This document shows positions 1 through 9,874 of a stretch of 64,000 nucleotides of DNA, piece by piece. Each line of letters begins with the position of its first letter. The stretch's first letter is position 1. The stretch comes from Escherichia coli (lineage in GTDB: Bacteria > Pseudomonadota > Gammaproteobacteria > Enterobacterales > Enterobacteriaceae). Location of the stretch: assembly GCF_030013205.1 (NCBI RefSeq), contig NZ_CP122648.1. One strand, given 5' to 3'. Under the pieces are notes generated by a model that saw only the letters and a program-made list of their open reading frames with translations, made no database searches and was not told the DNA's origin. Position numbers and translations under genes: made by a program.

Positions 1-115
1 GCAAGACGTTTATTTGAAGATTATCGATATTGTACAGTCACACGGCGCGGACTTTGCCTTCCCCAGCCAGACGCTGTATATGGATAACATTACACCGCCG
101 GACCAGGGTCGCTAA
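1..115 (+). CDS. ynaI: C-terminal fragment of an MscS-family mechanosensitive channel; 5' end lies outside the window
   Basis: Open frame from the window edge to TAA at 113-115 (tail ...[14 protein letters not shown]). Name assigned from its position next to mppA in the recalled K-12 order. Confidence 0.5.
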   Translation, partial: QDVYLKIIDIVQSHGADFAFPSQTLYMDNITPPDQGR

Positions 116-165
116 ATCAGACATCACTGGCGTTATCCACAAGGGTAACGCCAGTTCCCATCACA

Positions 166-1779
166 TCAATGCTTCACAATATACATAGTCCGACTGTACG
201 CCACATCTTCCGGGTTATTAATGGGATAACCTTTCAGCCACGGCTTGATTAATCGTCCATTGGTATATTGATAAATTGGTGCAATCGGTGCTTGCTCCAT
301 GAGGATTTTTTCTGCCGTATTGTAATCGGCATTACGCGCTTTAACGGTATTTTCCGTTGATGCCTGGGCCAGTACTTTGTCGTATGCCGGATTGTTAAAG
401 CGTGAAATATTCCCTGAATGCGTTGACGTTAACAACGTAAGGAAAGTGGAGGGTTCATTATAATCCCCTACCCATGAGGCGCGGATAACATCAAAATTGC
501 CGGTGTTACGGCTATCGATATAGGTTTTCCATTCCTGATTCTGCAATTTAACATCTACGCCAAGGTTCTTTTTCCACATCGATGCTACAGCAATCGCAAT
601 TTTTTGATGGTTTTCTGAAGTGTTATACAAAAGCGTCAGCTTCAGCGGTTTTTGCGGACCATAACCAGCTGCGCTCAACAAAGTTTTTGCCTGCGCATTC
701 AGTTCTTCCTGACTCATTTGTTCAAACGGCGAAGGCTCCGGCGTAAAACCGGCAGTAACATCTGGTGTAAAATGCCACGCTGGCTTTTCCCCCGTCCCCA
801 ACACTTTTTCGGTCATCAGGCGGCGATCTATCGTCATACTTAATGCCAGGCGAACACGCTGATCGGCCGTCGGCCCTTTTTGCGTGCTAAACGCATAATA
901 ATAGGTCCCGAGCTGCGGCGGCGTATAAACCTGCCCCGGAATATCCTTCAACAGCTTCTGATACATATTTTTCGGGAAGGATTCGGTGATATCAATATCC
1001 CCCGCGAGATAACGCTTAGTGGCTGCGGATTCCTGATTAATTGGCAGGAAGGTCACTTTTTGCAGTACCGTTTTGGCGTTATCCCAATAATGGGTATTCG
1101 GCACCACGACCAGTTTTTCATTGACTATGCGCTCTTTAAGAACATAAGCGCCATTGCCGATCAGATTTCCGGGTTTCGTCCACTCTTTACTGCTTTCTAC
1201 GTTGGCTTTTTGCACTGGGAAGAAGGCAAAGTTAGCGGTTAAATTCACAAACCACGGCAACGGTTTATCAAGCTGGATTTTCAAAGTATGGGCATCAACT
1301 GCGGTGACGCCAAGCTGGTCAGGCGTGGCTTTACCATCAATAATCGCCTGTGCGTTGTTAATTCCCGCCAGCGCGGCAAACCATGCAAATGGCGACAATG
1401 TTTTTGGGTCCACCAGACGTTGCCAGCTGTAGACAAAATCTTGCGCCGTTACCGGTGTGCCATCCGCCCATTTTGCGTTATCGCGCAGGGTAAAAGTCCA
1501 AATACGGTTGTCATTACTTTTCCACTGAGTCGCAACGCCGGGGACAATCTCCCCTTTCTCGTTCTGATTCACCAGTCCTTCAAACAGATCGCGAATGACC
1601 TGAATCTCCGGCAGGCCCACGGCTTTAGCGGGATCCAGAGACGCTGGCTCATCTTTAATGTGGCGCACCAGCTCCTGCTTCTCTGCCAGTACTGTGCCGC
1701 TCGGAACTTCAGCAGCATACGAAAGAGAAATGCTGCTGACCAACAGCGCACAACACGTGACTGAAACAGAGTGCTTCAT
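166..1779 (-). CDS. mppA: Periplasmic murein tripeptide-binding protein (OppA paralogue)
   Basis: 544-codon ORF in the track; N-terminus MKHSVSVTCCALLVSSISLSYA is a signal peptide. Start placed at the internal Met (MKHSV) to give the recalled 537 aa. Confidence 0.9.
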   Translation of the reverse strand: MKHSVSVTCCALLVSSISLSYAAEVPSGTVLAEKQELVRHIKDEPASLDPAKAVGLPEIQVIRDLFEGLVNQNEKGEIVPGVATQWKSNDNRIWTFTLRDNAKWADGTPVTAQDFVYSWQRLVDPKTLSPFAWFAALAGINNAQAIIDGKATPDQLGVTAVDAHTLKIQLDKPLPWFVNLTANFAFFPVQKANVESSKEWTKPGNLIGNGAYVLKERIVNEKLVVVPNTHYWDNAKTVLQKVTFLPINQESAATKRYLAGDIDITESFPKNMYQKLLKDIPGQVYTPPQLGTYYYAFSTQKGPTADQRVRLALSMTIDRRLMTEKVLGTGEKPAWHFTPDVTAGFTPEPSPFEQMSQEELNAQAKTLLSAAGYGPQKPLKLTLLYNTSENHQKIAIAVASMWKKNLGVDVKLQNQEWKTYIDSRNTGNFDVIRASWVGDYNEPSTFLTLLTSTHSGNISRFNNPAYDKVLAQASTENTVKARNADYNTAEKILMEQAPIAPIYQYTNGRLIKPWLKGYPINNPEDVAYSRTMYIVKH

Positions 1780-1836
1780 AAGTTTCCCTCTAACCGACAT
1801 TAAAATTGATGCGTAATTATTTGTTTCGCCTTAAAG

Positions 1837-1866
1837 AAATGCAAACAACTTCCATCAAAAAAGTGA
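1837..1866 (+). repeat. 30-bp exact direct repeat, copy A (AAATGCAAACAACTTCCATCAAAAAAGTGA), upstream of mppA
   Basis: Read directly from the sequence; identical 30-mer at 5725-5754. Confidence 0.85.
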
Positions 1867-2115
1867 CAAAGGAAGCATCAAATGTTTTAAGTATCAATAT
1901 ATCAAATCAGATTTAGTGTAAATAATAGTCTCCAAAATGCGGTAAAGCACATAGAACTCCGAACACTACGTTCGGGCTTCGCACGTTCAAACCCGTTTTC
2001 GGTATCATAATCAGCATCTGTCGCCATTGTACGAAGAATAAAAAATGACCAAAACGTTGAAAGGAACTGAGAATACGTTAAGAGAAGAATTAAATTAATG
2101 TATCAGCAAGTAGTG

Positions 2116-3015
2116 CTAAACAGCACCTTTATACTTCAGCCTATCTATAAATAATGAGAATGCCGAGCCAGCATGTCGACGGTGTGGATAGTACAGGTGA
2201 TAACCGGGTAAATCTGGTGTGAATTTATCCAAAACACGTATCAGTTTTTATTCTTTAATAGCCCGCTCAACTTGATCATAAGGTAGATACGCCAATCCAT
2301 GCCCATCAATTGCAGCATCAATGATCAGGTCTATCGTATTCAGTAAAAGCTGACCTTCCATGCGAACACGAACTTCACGTCCACCGCGTATTAATCTCCA
2401 GCGATTTGCTGTACCCGATGTGGGAAGATACAAATTAATTGCCTGATGATCTATTAATTGTGACACTGACGTTGGAGCACTTCGACGAGAAAAATAATCC
2501 GGTGAGCCAACAATAGCCATTGGTATATCTGGCCCGATTCGAATGGCGATCATATCTTTATCCATCTCCCCACCCAGACGGACGCCTGCATCAAAACGTT
2601 CAGAAACGACATCGGTCAAACCATAATCAATGGTAAGCTGGATATCAATTTCAGGATGCGATTTCAGGAATGTGCGCATAGCTGGTAACAATATCGTTTT
2701 TGCTGCATGTTCTACAGTAGTAATACGTATTGTCCCGGATGGGCGGTTCTGCAGATCGCTCAGGGATGTCAGGGCAGAATCTATGTCATGCAACATAGGG
2801 CCAAGAACAGACAAAAGATGCTCGCCCGCTTCAGTGGGTACAACGCTGCGCGTGGTTCGCGTCAGAAGCCGCAATCCCAATCGTTCTTCTATACGGCGCA
2901 CTATCTGGCTTAAAGCTGACTGCGCCATGCTCAGGCGGGCTGCTGCGCGAGTGAAGCTACGCTCCTCTGCAACGACGACAAACGCCATCAGATCAGCGAT
3001 TTCTTCACGCTTCAT
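2116..3015 (-). pseudogene. pgrR: LysR-family regulator PgrR interrupted by an in-frame TAA at 2248-2250; expressed ORF 2248-3015 is 255 codons
   Basis: N-terminal LysR HTH (MKREEIADLMAFVVVAEERSFTRAAARL...). Translating past the TAA in the same frame gives KLIRVLDKFTPDLPGYHLYYPHRRHAGSAFSLFIDRLKYKGAV then TAG at 2116-2118, a typical LysR C-terminus. 255 + 1 + 43 = 299 codons, the length I recall for PgrR. Confidence 0.75.
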
Positions 3016-3039
3016 TCAGTATCTCCATACAATCTATTA

Positions 3040-3053
3040 ATCATTTAAATGAT
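3040..3053. promoter_or_regulatory. 14-bp perfect palindrome ATCATTTAAATGAT in the divergent pgrR/ycjY promoter region; candidate LysR-type (PgrR) operator
   Basis: Palindrome read from sequence. Flanked by a direct repeat GGTCTAATCA (3055-3064 and 3073-3082) and a second palindrome GTGATATCAC (3104-3113). Operator assignment is inference. Confidence 0.35.
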
Positions 3054-3152
3054 AGGTCTAATCATAATTTAGGGTCTAATCAACTTAATGATCAATATCT
3101 ATAGTGATATCACCAACCGTCAAAACGAACCGACAACTCCATGAGGAACGGA

Positions 3153-4073
3153 ATGATGAATAATAAAGTCAGCTTCACTAACAGCAATAATCCAACCATC
3201 TCTTTGTCTGCAGTGATCTATTTCCCTCCAAAATTTGATGAAACCCGTCAGTATCCGGCAATTGTGGTATCTCACCCAGGTGGGGGCGTTAAAGAGCAAA
3301 CGGCTGGAACCTATGCCAAAAAACTGGCGGAAAAGGGATTTGTCACTATTGCTTATGACGCATCTTATCAAGGTGAAAGCGGCGGCGAGCCGCGTCAGTT
3401 AGAAAACCCATACATTCGTACTGAAGACGTCAGTGCCGTGATTGATTACCTGACAACGCTTTCTTATGTCGACAATACCCGAATTGGTGCGATGGGAATT
3501 TGTGCCGGTGCAGGATATACAGCCAATGCTGCAATTCAGGATCGCCGCATCAAGGCCATCGGTACTGTTAGTGCGGTCAATATTGGTTCGATGTTCCGTA
3601 ATGGTTGGGAAAACAATGTGAAATCTATTGATGCCCTACCATACGTTGACGCGGGTTCAAACGCCCGAACCAGCGATATTAGTAGCGGAGAATACGCCAC
3701 TATGCCACTGGCACCAATGAAGGAGTCCGATGCGCCGAACGAAGAACTGCGTCAGGCCTGGGAGTATTACCACACCCCTCGCGCGCAGTATCCAACAGCA
3801 CCGGGTTACGCTACTTTGCGCAGCCTTAACCAGATTATTACCTATGATGCTTACCATATGGCGGAAGTGTACCTGACTCAGCCGATACAGATTGTGGCGG
3901 GCAGCCAGGCAGGGAGCAAATGGATGAGTGACGACCTGTACGATCGAGCATCAAGCCAGGATAAACGCTATCACATTGTTGAAGGCGCAAACCATATGGA
4001 TCTTTATGACGGCAAAGTCTATGTGGCTGAAGCAATTTCAGTATTAGCGCCGTTCTTTGAGGAAACTCTGTAA
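3153..4073 (+). CDS. ycjY: Alpha/beta-hydrolase fold protein (dienelactone-hydrolase-like)
   Basis: ORF 3141-4073; start placed at MMNNKV. Recognised as YcjY by sequence recall. Confidence 0.85.
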   Translation: MMNNKVSFTNSNNPTISLSAVIYFPPKFDETRQYPAIVVSHPGGGVKEQTAGTYAKKLAEKGFVTIAYDASYQGESGGEPRQLENPYIRTEDVSAVIDYLTTLSYVDNTRIGAMGICAGAGYTANAAIQDRRIKAIGTVSAVNIGSMFRNGWENNVKSIDALPYVDAGSNARTSDISSGEYATMPLAPMKESDAPNEELRQAWEYYHTPRAQYPTAPGYATLRSLNQIITYDAYHMAEVYLTQPIQIVAGSQAGSKWMSDDLYDRASSQDKRYHIVEGANHMDLYDGKVYVAEAISVLAPFFEETL

Positions 4074-4147
4074 TGAAACATATTCAAATCCGCAATAGTG
4101 ATATGGCCTGGCATATTACTGCCAATAATCTGGGAAAAGTTTCATGA
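4073..4147 (+). CDS. ymjD: 24-codon small ORF (MKHIQIRNSDMAWHITANNLGKVS) bridging ycjY and ymjC
   Basis: ATG overlaps the ycjY stop (TAATG) and its TGA overlaps the ymjC ATG (ATGA); GAGGAA 12 nt upstream. Below the ORF-track length cut-off. Gene name is tentative. Confidence 0.3.
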   Translation: MKHIQIRNSDMAWHITANNLGKVS

Positions 4148-4770
4148 AAAATGTACTGATTCTTGGTGCTGGCGGTCAGATAGCCCGCCATGTGATTAAT
4201 CAACTGGCAGATAAACAAACCATTAAACAAACTTTATTTGCCCGTCAGCCAGCAAAAATCCACAAACCCTATCCCACTAATAGCAAGATTATTATGGGGG
4301 ATGTACTGAATCATGCAGCACTGAAGCAGGCCATGCAGGGACAGGATGTTGTGTATGCCAACCTTACGGGGGAAGATTTAGATATTCAGGCAAATTCAGT
4401 GATCGCTGCGATGAAAGCCGGTGATGTTAAACGTCTGATCTTTGTTCTTTCCCTCGGTATTTATGATGAAGTTCCAGGAAAATTTGGCGAATGGAATAAT
4501 GCAGTTATTGGTGAGCCCCTAAAACCATTCCGCAGGGCTGCGGATGCAATTGAGGCTTCTGGACTGGAATATACAATTCTTCGCCCTGCCTGGCTGACTG
4601 ATGAAGATATTATTGATTATGAGCTTACCTCACGCAATGAACCATTCAAAGGTACGATCGTATCACGTAAGAGTGTCGCTGCATTAATTACAGATATCAT
4701 CGATAAACCTGAGAAACACATTGGTGAGAATATAGGCATCAATCAACCGGTGATGCTGCCAACTTACTGA
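4144..4770 (+). CDS. ymjC: NAD(P)-binding Rossmann-fold oxidoreductase; 3' end altered by IS1 insertion
   Basis: N-terminal MKNVLILGAGGQIARH is a GxGxxG dinucleotide-binding motif. The last 7 codons (PVMLPTY) and the stop are encoded by the IS1 left end; the original 3' end continues at 5526-5559. Confidence 0.6.
   Translation: MKNVLILGAGGQIARHVINQLADKQTIKQTLFARQPAKIHKPYPTNSKIIMGDVLNHAALKQAMQGQDVVYANLTGEDLDIQANSVIAAMKAGDVKRLIFVLSLGIYDEVPGKFGEWNNAVIGEPLKPFRRAADAIEASGLEYTILRPAWLTDEDIIDYELTSRNEPFKGTIVSRKSVAALITDIIDKPEKHIGENIGINQPVMLPTY
4740..4748. repeat. IS1 target-site duplication, left copy (CAATCAACC)
   Basis: Identical 9-mer immediately flanks both IS1 ends. Confidence 0.85.
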
Positions 4771-4803
4771 TTTAGTGTATGATGGTGTTTTTGAGGTGCT
4801 CCA

Positions 4804-5079
4804 GTGGCTTCTGTTTCTATCAGCTGTCCCTCCTGTTCAGCTACTGACGGGGTGGTGCGTAACGGCAAAAGCACCGCCGGACATCAGCGCTATCTCTGCT
4901 CTCACTGCCGTAAAACATGGCAACTACAGTTCACTTACGCCGCCTCTCAGCCCGGTACGCACCAGAAAATCATTGATATGGCCATGAATGGCGTCGGATG
5001 TCGCGCCAGTGCACGCATTATTGGCGTTGGCCTCAACACGATTTTCCGCCACTTAAAAAACTCAGGCCGCAGTCGGTAA
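4804..5079 (+). CDS. insA: IS1 InsA
   Basis: 91-aa ORF with zinc-finger-like CPSCS...CSHC N-terminus; matches recalled InsA. Confidence 0.9.
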   Translation: MASVSISCPSCSATDGVVRNGKSTAGHQRYLCSHCRKTWQLQFTYAASQPGTHQKIIDMAMNGVGCRASARIIGVGLNTIFRHLKNSGRSR

Positions 5080-5501
5080 CCTCGCGCATACAACCGGGCA
5101 GTGATGTGATTGTCTGCGCTGAAATGGACGAACAGTGGGGCTACGTCGGTGCTAAATCACGTCAGCGCTGGCTGTTTTACGCGTATGACAGGATGCGGAG
5201 GACGGTTGTGGCGCACGTCTTCGGTGAACGCACTCTGGCCACACTGGAGCGTCTTCTGAGCCTGCTGTCGGCCTTTGAGGTCGTGGTATGGATGACGGAT
5301 GGCTGGCCGCTGTATGAATCACGCCTGAAGGGAAAGCTGCACGTTATCAGCAAGCGTTATACTCAGCGCATTGAGCGGCATAACCTGAATCTGAGACAAC
5401 ATCTGGCAAGGCTGGGACGGAAGTCACTGTCGTTCTCAAAATCGGTGGAGCTGCATGACAAGGTCATCGGGCATTATCTGAACATAAAACACTATCAGTA
5501 A
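4998..5501 (+). CDS. insB: IS1 InsB (transposase catalytic part, made as an InsAB' fusion by -1 frameshift)
   Basis: 167-aa ORF overlapping insA in the -1 frame; matches recalled InsB. Confidence 0.85.
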   Translation: MSRQCTHYWRWPQHDFPPLKKLRPQSVTSRIQPGSDVIVCAEMDEQWGYVGAKSRQRWLFYAYDRMRRTVVAHVFGERTLATLERLLSLLSAFEVVVWMTDGWPLYESRLKGKLHVISKRYTQRIERHNLNLRQHLARLGRKSLSFSKSVELHDKVIGHYLNIKHYQ

Positions 5502-5516
5502 GTTGGAGTCATTACC

Positions 5517-5525
5517 CAATCAACC
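5517..5525. repeat. IS1 target-site duplication, right copy (CAATCAACC)
   Basis: Identical to 4740-4748. Confidence 0.85.
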
Positions 5526-5577
5526 CGGGACTGATGGTGATAAGACATTCTTCATGTAAATCAATTATATAGCTACC

Positions 5578-5612
5578 ATCGTACTGTACTATGTGCAGTA
5601 CGATTTATTAAA
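5578..5612 (+). terminator. Hairpin (ATCGTACTG / CAGTACGAT, 9-bp stem) followed by a T-rich stretch, downstream of the original ymjC stop
   Basis: Inverted repeat read from sequence; lies about 20 nt past the displaced ymjC stop at 5557-5559. Confidence 0.4.
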
Positions 5613-5724
5613 CTTATTAAGGTGAACTGATCAATCAGATGCGATTAACATGTGTAGAACCAGTAAGAATAAAATACGCCATGTATATAACATTACGACA
5701 ATTCTAATATCTGCACATCAATGA

Positions 5725-5754
5725 AAATGCAAACAACTTCCATCAAAAAAGTGA
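5725..5754 (+). repeat. 30-bp exact direct repeat, copy B, upstream of mpaA
   Basis: Identical to 1837-1866. Confidence 0.85.
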
Positions 5755-5849
5755 TACAAGATCGATAACATAGCGTTGAAGAAAAGGATTTGATAATCCG
5801 CAAAATTTGCACAACACTGCCTGTAATACTTCCTGAACCAGAGACGATC

Positions 5850-6552
5850 ATGACCGTAACTCGCCCACGCGCCGAACGCGGCGCATTTCCGCCCGGAACA
5901 GAACATTACGGACGTTCATTATTGGGCGCGCCGTTAATCTGGTTTCCGGCCCCTGCAGCCAGTCACGAAAGTGGTTTGATTCTGGCTGGCACTCACGGTG
6001 ATGAAAACTCTTCGGTCGTCACGCTCTCCTGTGCTCTGCGGACGTTGACACCGTCTTTGCGCCGCCATCATGTGGTGCTGTGTGTGAATCCTGACGGCTG
6101 CCAGTTGGGGTTACGGGCCAATGCTAATGGTGTGGATTTAAACAGAAACTTTCCGGCGGCGAACTGGAAGGAAGGTGAAACCGTTTATCGCTGGAACAGC
6201 GCCGCTGAAGAACGTGATGTCGTATTGCTGACAGGTGACAAACCTGGCTCCGAACCTGAAACCCAGGCGCTGTGCCAGCTTATACACCGCATTCAACCCG
6301 CCTGGGTGGTCTCATTCCACGATCCGCTGGCCTGTATTGAAGATCCCAGACACAGCGAATTAGGCGAATGGCTGGCCCAGGCGTTTGAATTGCCTCTGGT
6401 AACCAGCGTCGGTTATGAAACGCCTGGCTCTTTCGGCAGTTGGTGTGCAGATCTCAACTTGCATTGCATCACCGCAGAGTTTCCGCCCATCTCCTCCGAC
6501 GAAGCCAGCGAAAAATATCTCTTTGCGATGGCAAACTTGCTGCGCTGGCATC

Positions 6553-6578
<26 letters not shown>
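5850..6578 (+). CDS. mpaA: Murein peptide amidase A (gamma-D-Glu-meso-Dap amidase)
   Basis: ORF 5790-6578; start placed at MTVTRPRAER to give 242 aa. Recognised by sequence recall. Confidence 0.85.
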
Positions 6579-7559
<981 letters not shown>

Positions 7560-7635
7560 ATAGCGTTTGCTGTGTTATTGACAGTTAGCATAAACTAGGT
7601 GTGACGTTAACTATATGTAAACAGGAAAGATAATC

Positions 7636-8142
7636 ATGTCACAAACCGTTCATTTCCAGGGCAACCCGGTTACAGTCGCCAATTCCATCCCGCAGGCGGG
7701 TAGCAAAGCGCAGACTTTTACTCTCGTGGCAAAAGATCTGTCTGACGTCACCCTCGGTCAGTTTGCGGGTAAACGCAAAGTGCTGAACATTTTCCCGAGT
7801 ATTGATACCGGTGTTTGCGCCGCATCAGTACGTAAGTTTAATCAACTGGCAACCGAGATCGACAACACCGTTGTGCTGTGTATCTCTGCCGATCTGCCGT
7901 TCGCCCAGTCTCGTTTCTGCGGCGCAGAAGGTCTGAACAACGTTATCACCCTCTCCACTTTCCGTAATGCTGAATTCCTGCAAGCCTACGGTGTGGCAAT
8001 TGCTGATGGCCCACTGAAAGGTCTGGCAGCGCGTGCCGTTGTGGTTATTGATGAAAATGACAATGTGATTTTCAGCCAGCTGGTGGATGAAATCACCACC
8101 GAGCCGGATTACGAAGCAGCTCTGGCTGTACTGAAAGCATAA
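7636..8142 (+). CDS. tpx: Thiol peroxidase
   Basis: 168-aa ORF; recognised by sequence recall. Confidence 0.95.
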   Translation: MSQTVHFQGNPVTVANSIPQAGSKAQTFTLVAKDLSDVTLGQFAGKRKVLNIFPSIDTGVCAASVRKFNQLATEIDNTVVLCISADLPFAQSRFCGAEGLNNVITLSTFRNAEFLQAYGVAIADGPLKGLAARAVVVIDENDNVIFSQLVDEITTEPDYEAALAVLKA

Positions 8143-8145
8143 GTT

Positions 8146-8180
8146 AATATGCCTGATGGTGTTGCACCATCAGGCATATT
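8146..8180. terminator. Bidirectional intrinsic terminator between convergent tpx and tyrR (16-bp perfect stem, 3-nt loop)
   Basis: AATATGCCTGATGGTG-TTG-CACCATCAGGCATATT sits between the tpx stop (8140-8142) and the tyrR stop (8186-8188). Confidence 0.7.
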
Positions 8181-8185
8181 CGCGC

Positions 8186-9727
8186 TTACTCTTCGTTCTT
8201 CTTCTGACTCAGACCGTATTCCCGCAACTTATTGGCAATCGCGGTATGCGAAACGCCCAGGCGTTTTGCCAGTTTGCGCGTGCTGGGATAATTGCGATAA
8301 AGCTGGGTTAATACCGAGCGTTCAAAACGGCTGGTGATTTCGTCCAGCGAACCTTCCATCGCATCTTCGCCCACGGCTACCGTTGCGGCGTCATAATCCG
8401 GTAACAAAATATCCTGTGGACGCAGCTCATAACCGTCCAGTTGTGTCAGTGCGCGATAAATAGCGTTCTTTAACTGCCGCACATTTCCCGGCCACGCATA
8501 ACGCGTAAGTACAGTATTCAGGTCAGCGGCCAGTTTCGGACGCGGCACGCCCTGCTCGTCGGCAAAGCGGGCGACGAACAGCTCGGTTAACGGCATGATG
8601 TCCTGCGGACAGTCACGTAGCGGCGGCAGATTAAGCGTCAACACGTTCAGACGATAATAAAGATCTTCACGGAACACGCCTTTTTGCACCAGTTCGACAA
8701 GATTCTTCTGCGTCGCGCAAATCACCCGCACATCGACATGCACCTCATGGTCTTCGCCAACCCGACGGAAAGTGCCATCATTAAGGAAACGCAGTAATTT
8801 CGCCTGCATCCGTGGTGACATCTCACCTATTTCATCCAACAGCACCGAACCACCGTTCGCCTGCTCAAAGAACCCTTTCTTCCCTTCCGGAGCATGACCA
8901 AACAGTTCACTCTCGACCGCATCTTCCGGTATAGACGCACAGTTCAGCGCCAGATAGGGTTTGCCCGCGCGTGGGCTTGCCTGATGACAGGCATATGCAA
9001 AGAGATCTTTTCCGGTGCCGGTATCACCGGTTATCAGCAATGGCGCGCTTAGCATCGCCAGTTTCTGCGCCTGTTCGACAACATGCTTCATTTTCGGGCT
9101 GACGGCGACAATTTGACTGAAGGCGCTGACGTCCTGGGCGGCGACATTTTGCAACTGACGACCCATACGAATCGTTGATCGCAACATCACCACCGCACCG
9201 GTCAGGACGTGTTGATCATTTTCATCCTGAAGATAAACAGGCGTAATCTCCATCAGGAAATTCTGTCCATTAATAACGACATGCTCGTTATGGGAATCCT
9301 GCGGTTCGCTTTCCAGCCAGCGTAAAAAATTAAAGCCGTTAATCAATTGCGCGGCGGTATGGTTGCGCAGGCGATCCAATTTTTGCCCAAAAAGCTGACA
9401 GCTCGCCGGGTTCGCCATATCCACTTTGCTTTTCATATCGACAGAGAGCACAGGTTCAGGCAACGCTTCCAGTAACGCGCTCAACGCCAGATGCTCACGT
9501 TCAGAAGGCATCCACGGGACAGTACGGACATCGGTAACACCTGCAATACGGCGTATTTCGGCCATCAGACTGCTGAAACTCTCAAACTCCAGTTCAGCAA
9601 AATTGAGGTAGATTCGCCCAATGGGATCAATCTCAATACCGCGTAAATCAATGCCTCTTAGCACGAGTAGATCGAGTAATTCGCGGGTCAGACCGAGTCG
9701 GTCTTCACAAAAGACTTCCAGACGCAT
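8186..9727 (-). CDS. tyrR: Sigma54-type enhancer-binding-protein-family regulator TyrR
   Basis: ORF 8186-9754; start placed at MRLEVFCEDR to give 513 aa. Recognised by sequence recall. Confidence 0.9.
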   Translation of the reverse strand: MRLEVFCEDRLGLTRELLDLLVLRGIDLRGIEIDPIGRIYLNFAELEFESFSSLMAEIRRIAGVTDVRTVPWMPSEREHLALSALLEALPEPVLSVDMKSKVDMANPASCQLFGQKLDRLRNHTAAQLINGFNFLRWLESEPQDSHNEHVVINGQNFLMEITPVYLQDENDQHVLTGAVVMLRSTIRMGRQLQNVAAQDVSAFSQIVAVSPKMKHVVEQAQKLAMLSAPLLITGDTGTGKDLFAYACHQASPRAGKPYLALNCASIPEDAVESELFGHAPEGKKGFFEQANGGSVLLDEIGEMSPRMQAKLLRFLNDGTFRRVGEDHEVHVDVRVICATQKNLVELVQKGVFREDLYYRLNVLTLNLPPLRDCPQDIMPLTELFVARFADEQGVPRPKLAADLNTVLTRYAWPGNVRQLKNAIYRALTQLDGYELRPQDILLPDYDAATVAVGEDAMEGSLDEITSRFERSVLTQLYRNYPSTRKLAKRLGVSHTAIANKLREYGLSQKKNEE

Positions 9728-9797
9728 GGGAACCTTCACCTGAAAAAAGAACAATTAATATGATGATATGACACTATTTGGATAGCAGGAAGGTTTC

Positions 9798-9815
9798 TGT
9801 CAACAATCATTGACA
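9798..9815. promoter_or_regulatory. Candidate TyrR box (TGTCAA-N6-TTGACA) in the tyrR upstream region
   Basis: Palindrome fits the TGTAAA-N6-TTTACA pattern; tyrR is known to be autoregulated. Assignment of this particular site is inference. Confidence 0.4.
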
Positions 9816-9874
9816 CAAAGACGGAAAAACGGGCACTTCGGCGTAAAGATATCCGGTCAGCACCCGATATTGCA

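Larger units (their letters stand above)
4749..5516 (+). mobile_element. IS1 insertion sequence, 768 bp, complete with both terminal inverted repeats
   Basis: Ends GGTGATGCTGCCAACTTA ... TAAGTTGGAGTCATTACC match the IS1 termini as I recall them. Carries insA and insB with the A6C slippery site (TTAAAAAAC, 5053-5061) used for the programmed -1 frameshift. Flanked by a 9-bp duplication. Confidence 0.9.

Noticed and set aside
652-1764. Plus-strand ORFs of 60-158 codons inside mppA (652-843, 880-1242, 1154-1432, 1288-1764), and similar antisense or out-of-frame ORFs inside almost every gene in the track
   Set aside because: They lie wholly within well-supported genes on the opposite strand or in another frame, have no recognisable domains or ribosome-binding sites, and are the usual by-product of GC-rich coding DNA.
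1780-2115. AT-rich 340-bp spacer between the pgrR tail and mppA, considered as a possible small RNA or horizontally acquired remnant
   Set aside because: No convincing promoter-plus-terminator pair or conserved structure could be identified by eye; only the 30-bp repeat within it is reported.
8186-9754. Longest-ORF N-terminal extensions for tyrR, mppA, mpaA, pspF, pspD, puuC, puuD, puuA, puuP, ycjM, pyrF, yciW and the tetR-like and MFP genes
   Set aside because: Internal start codons give the recalled protein lengths, better ribosome-binding sites, or correctly placed signal peptides and HTH motifs; the extensions run into promoter or operator sequence.
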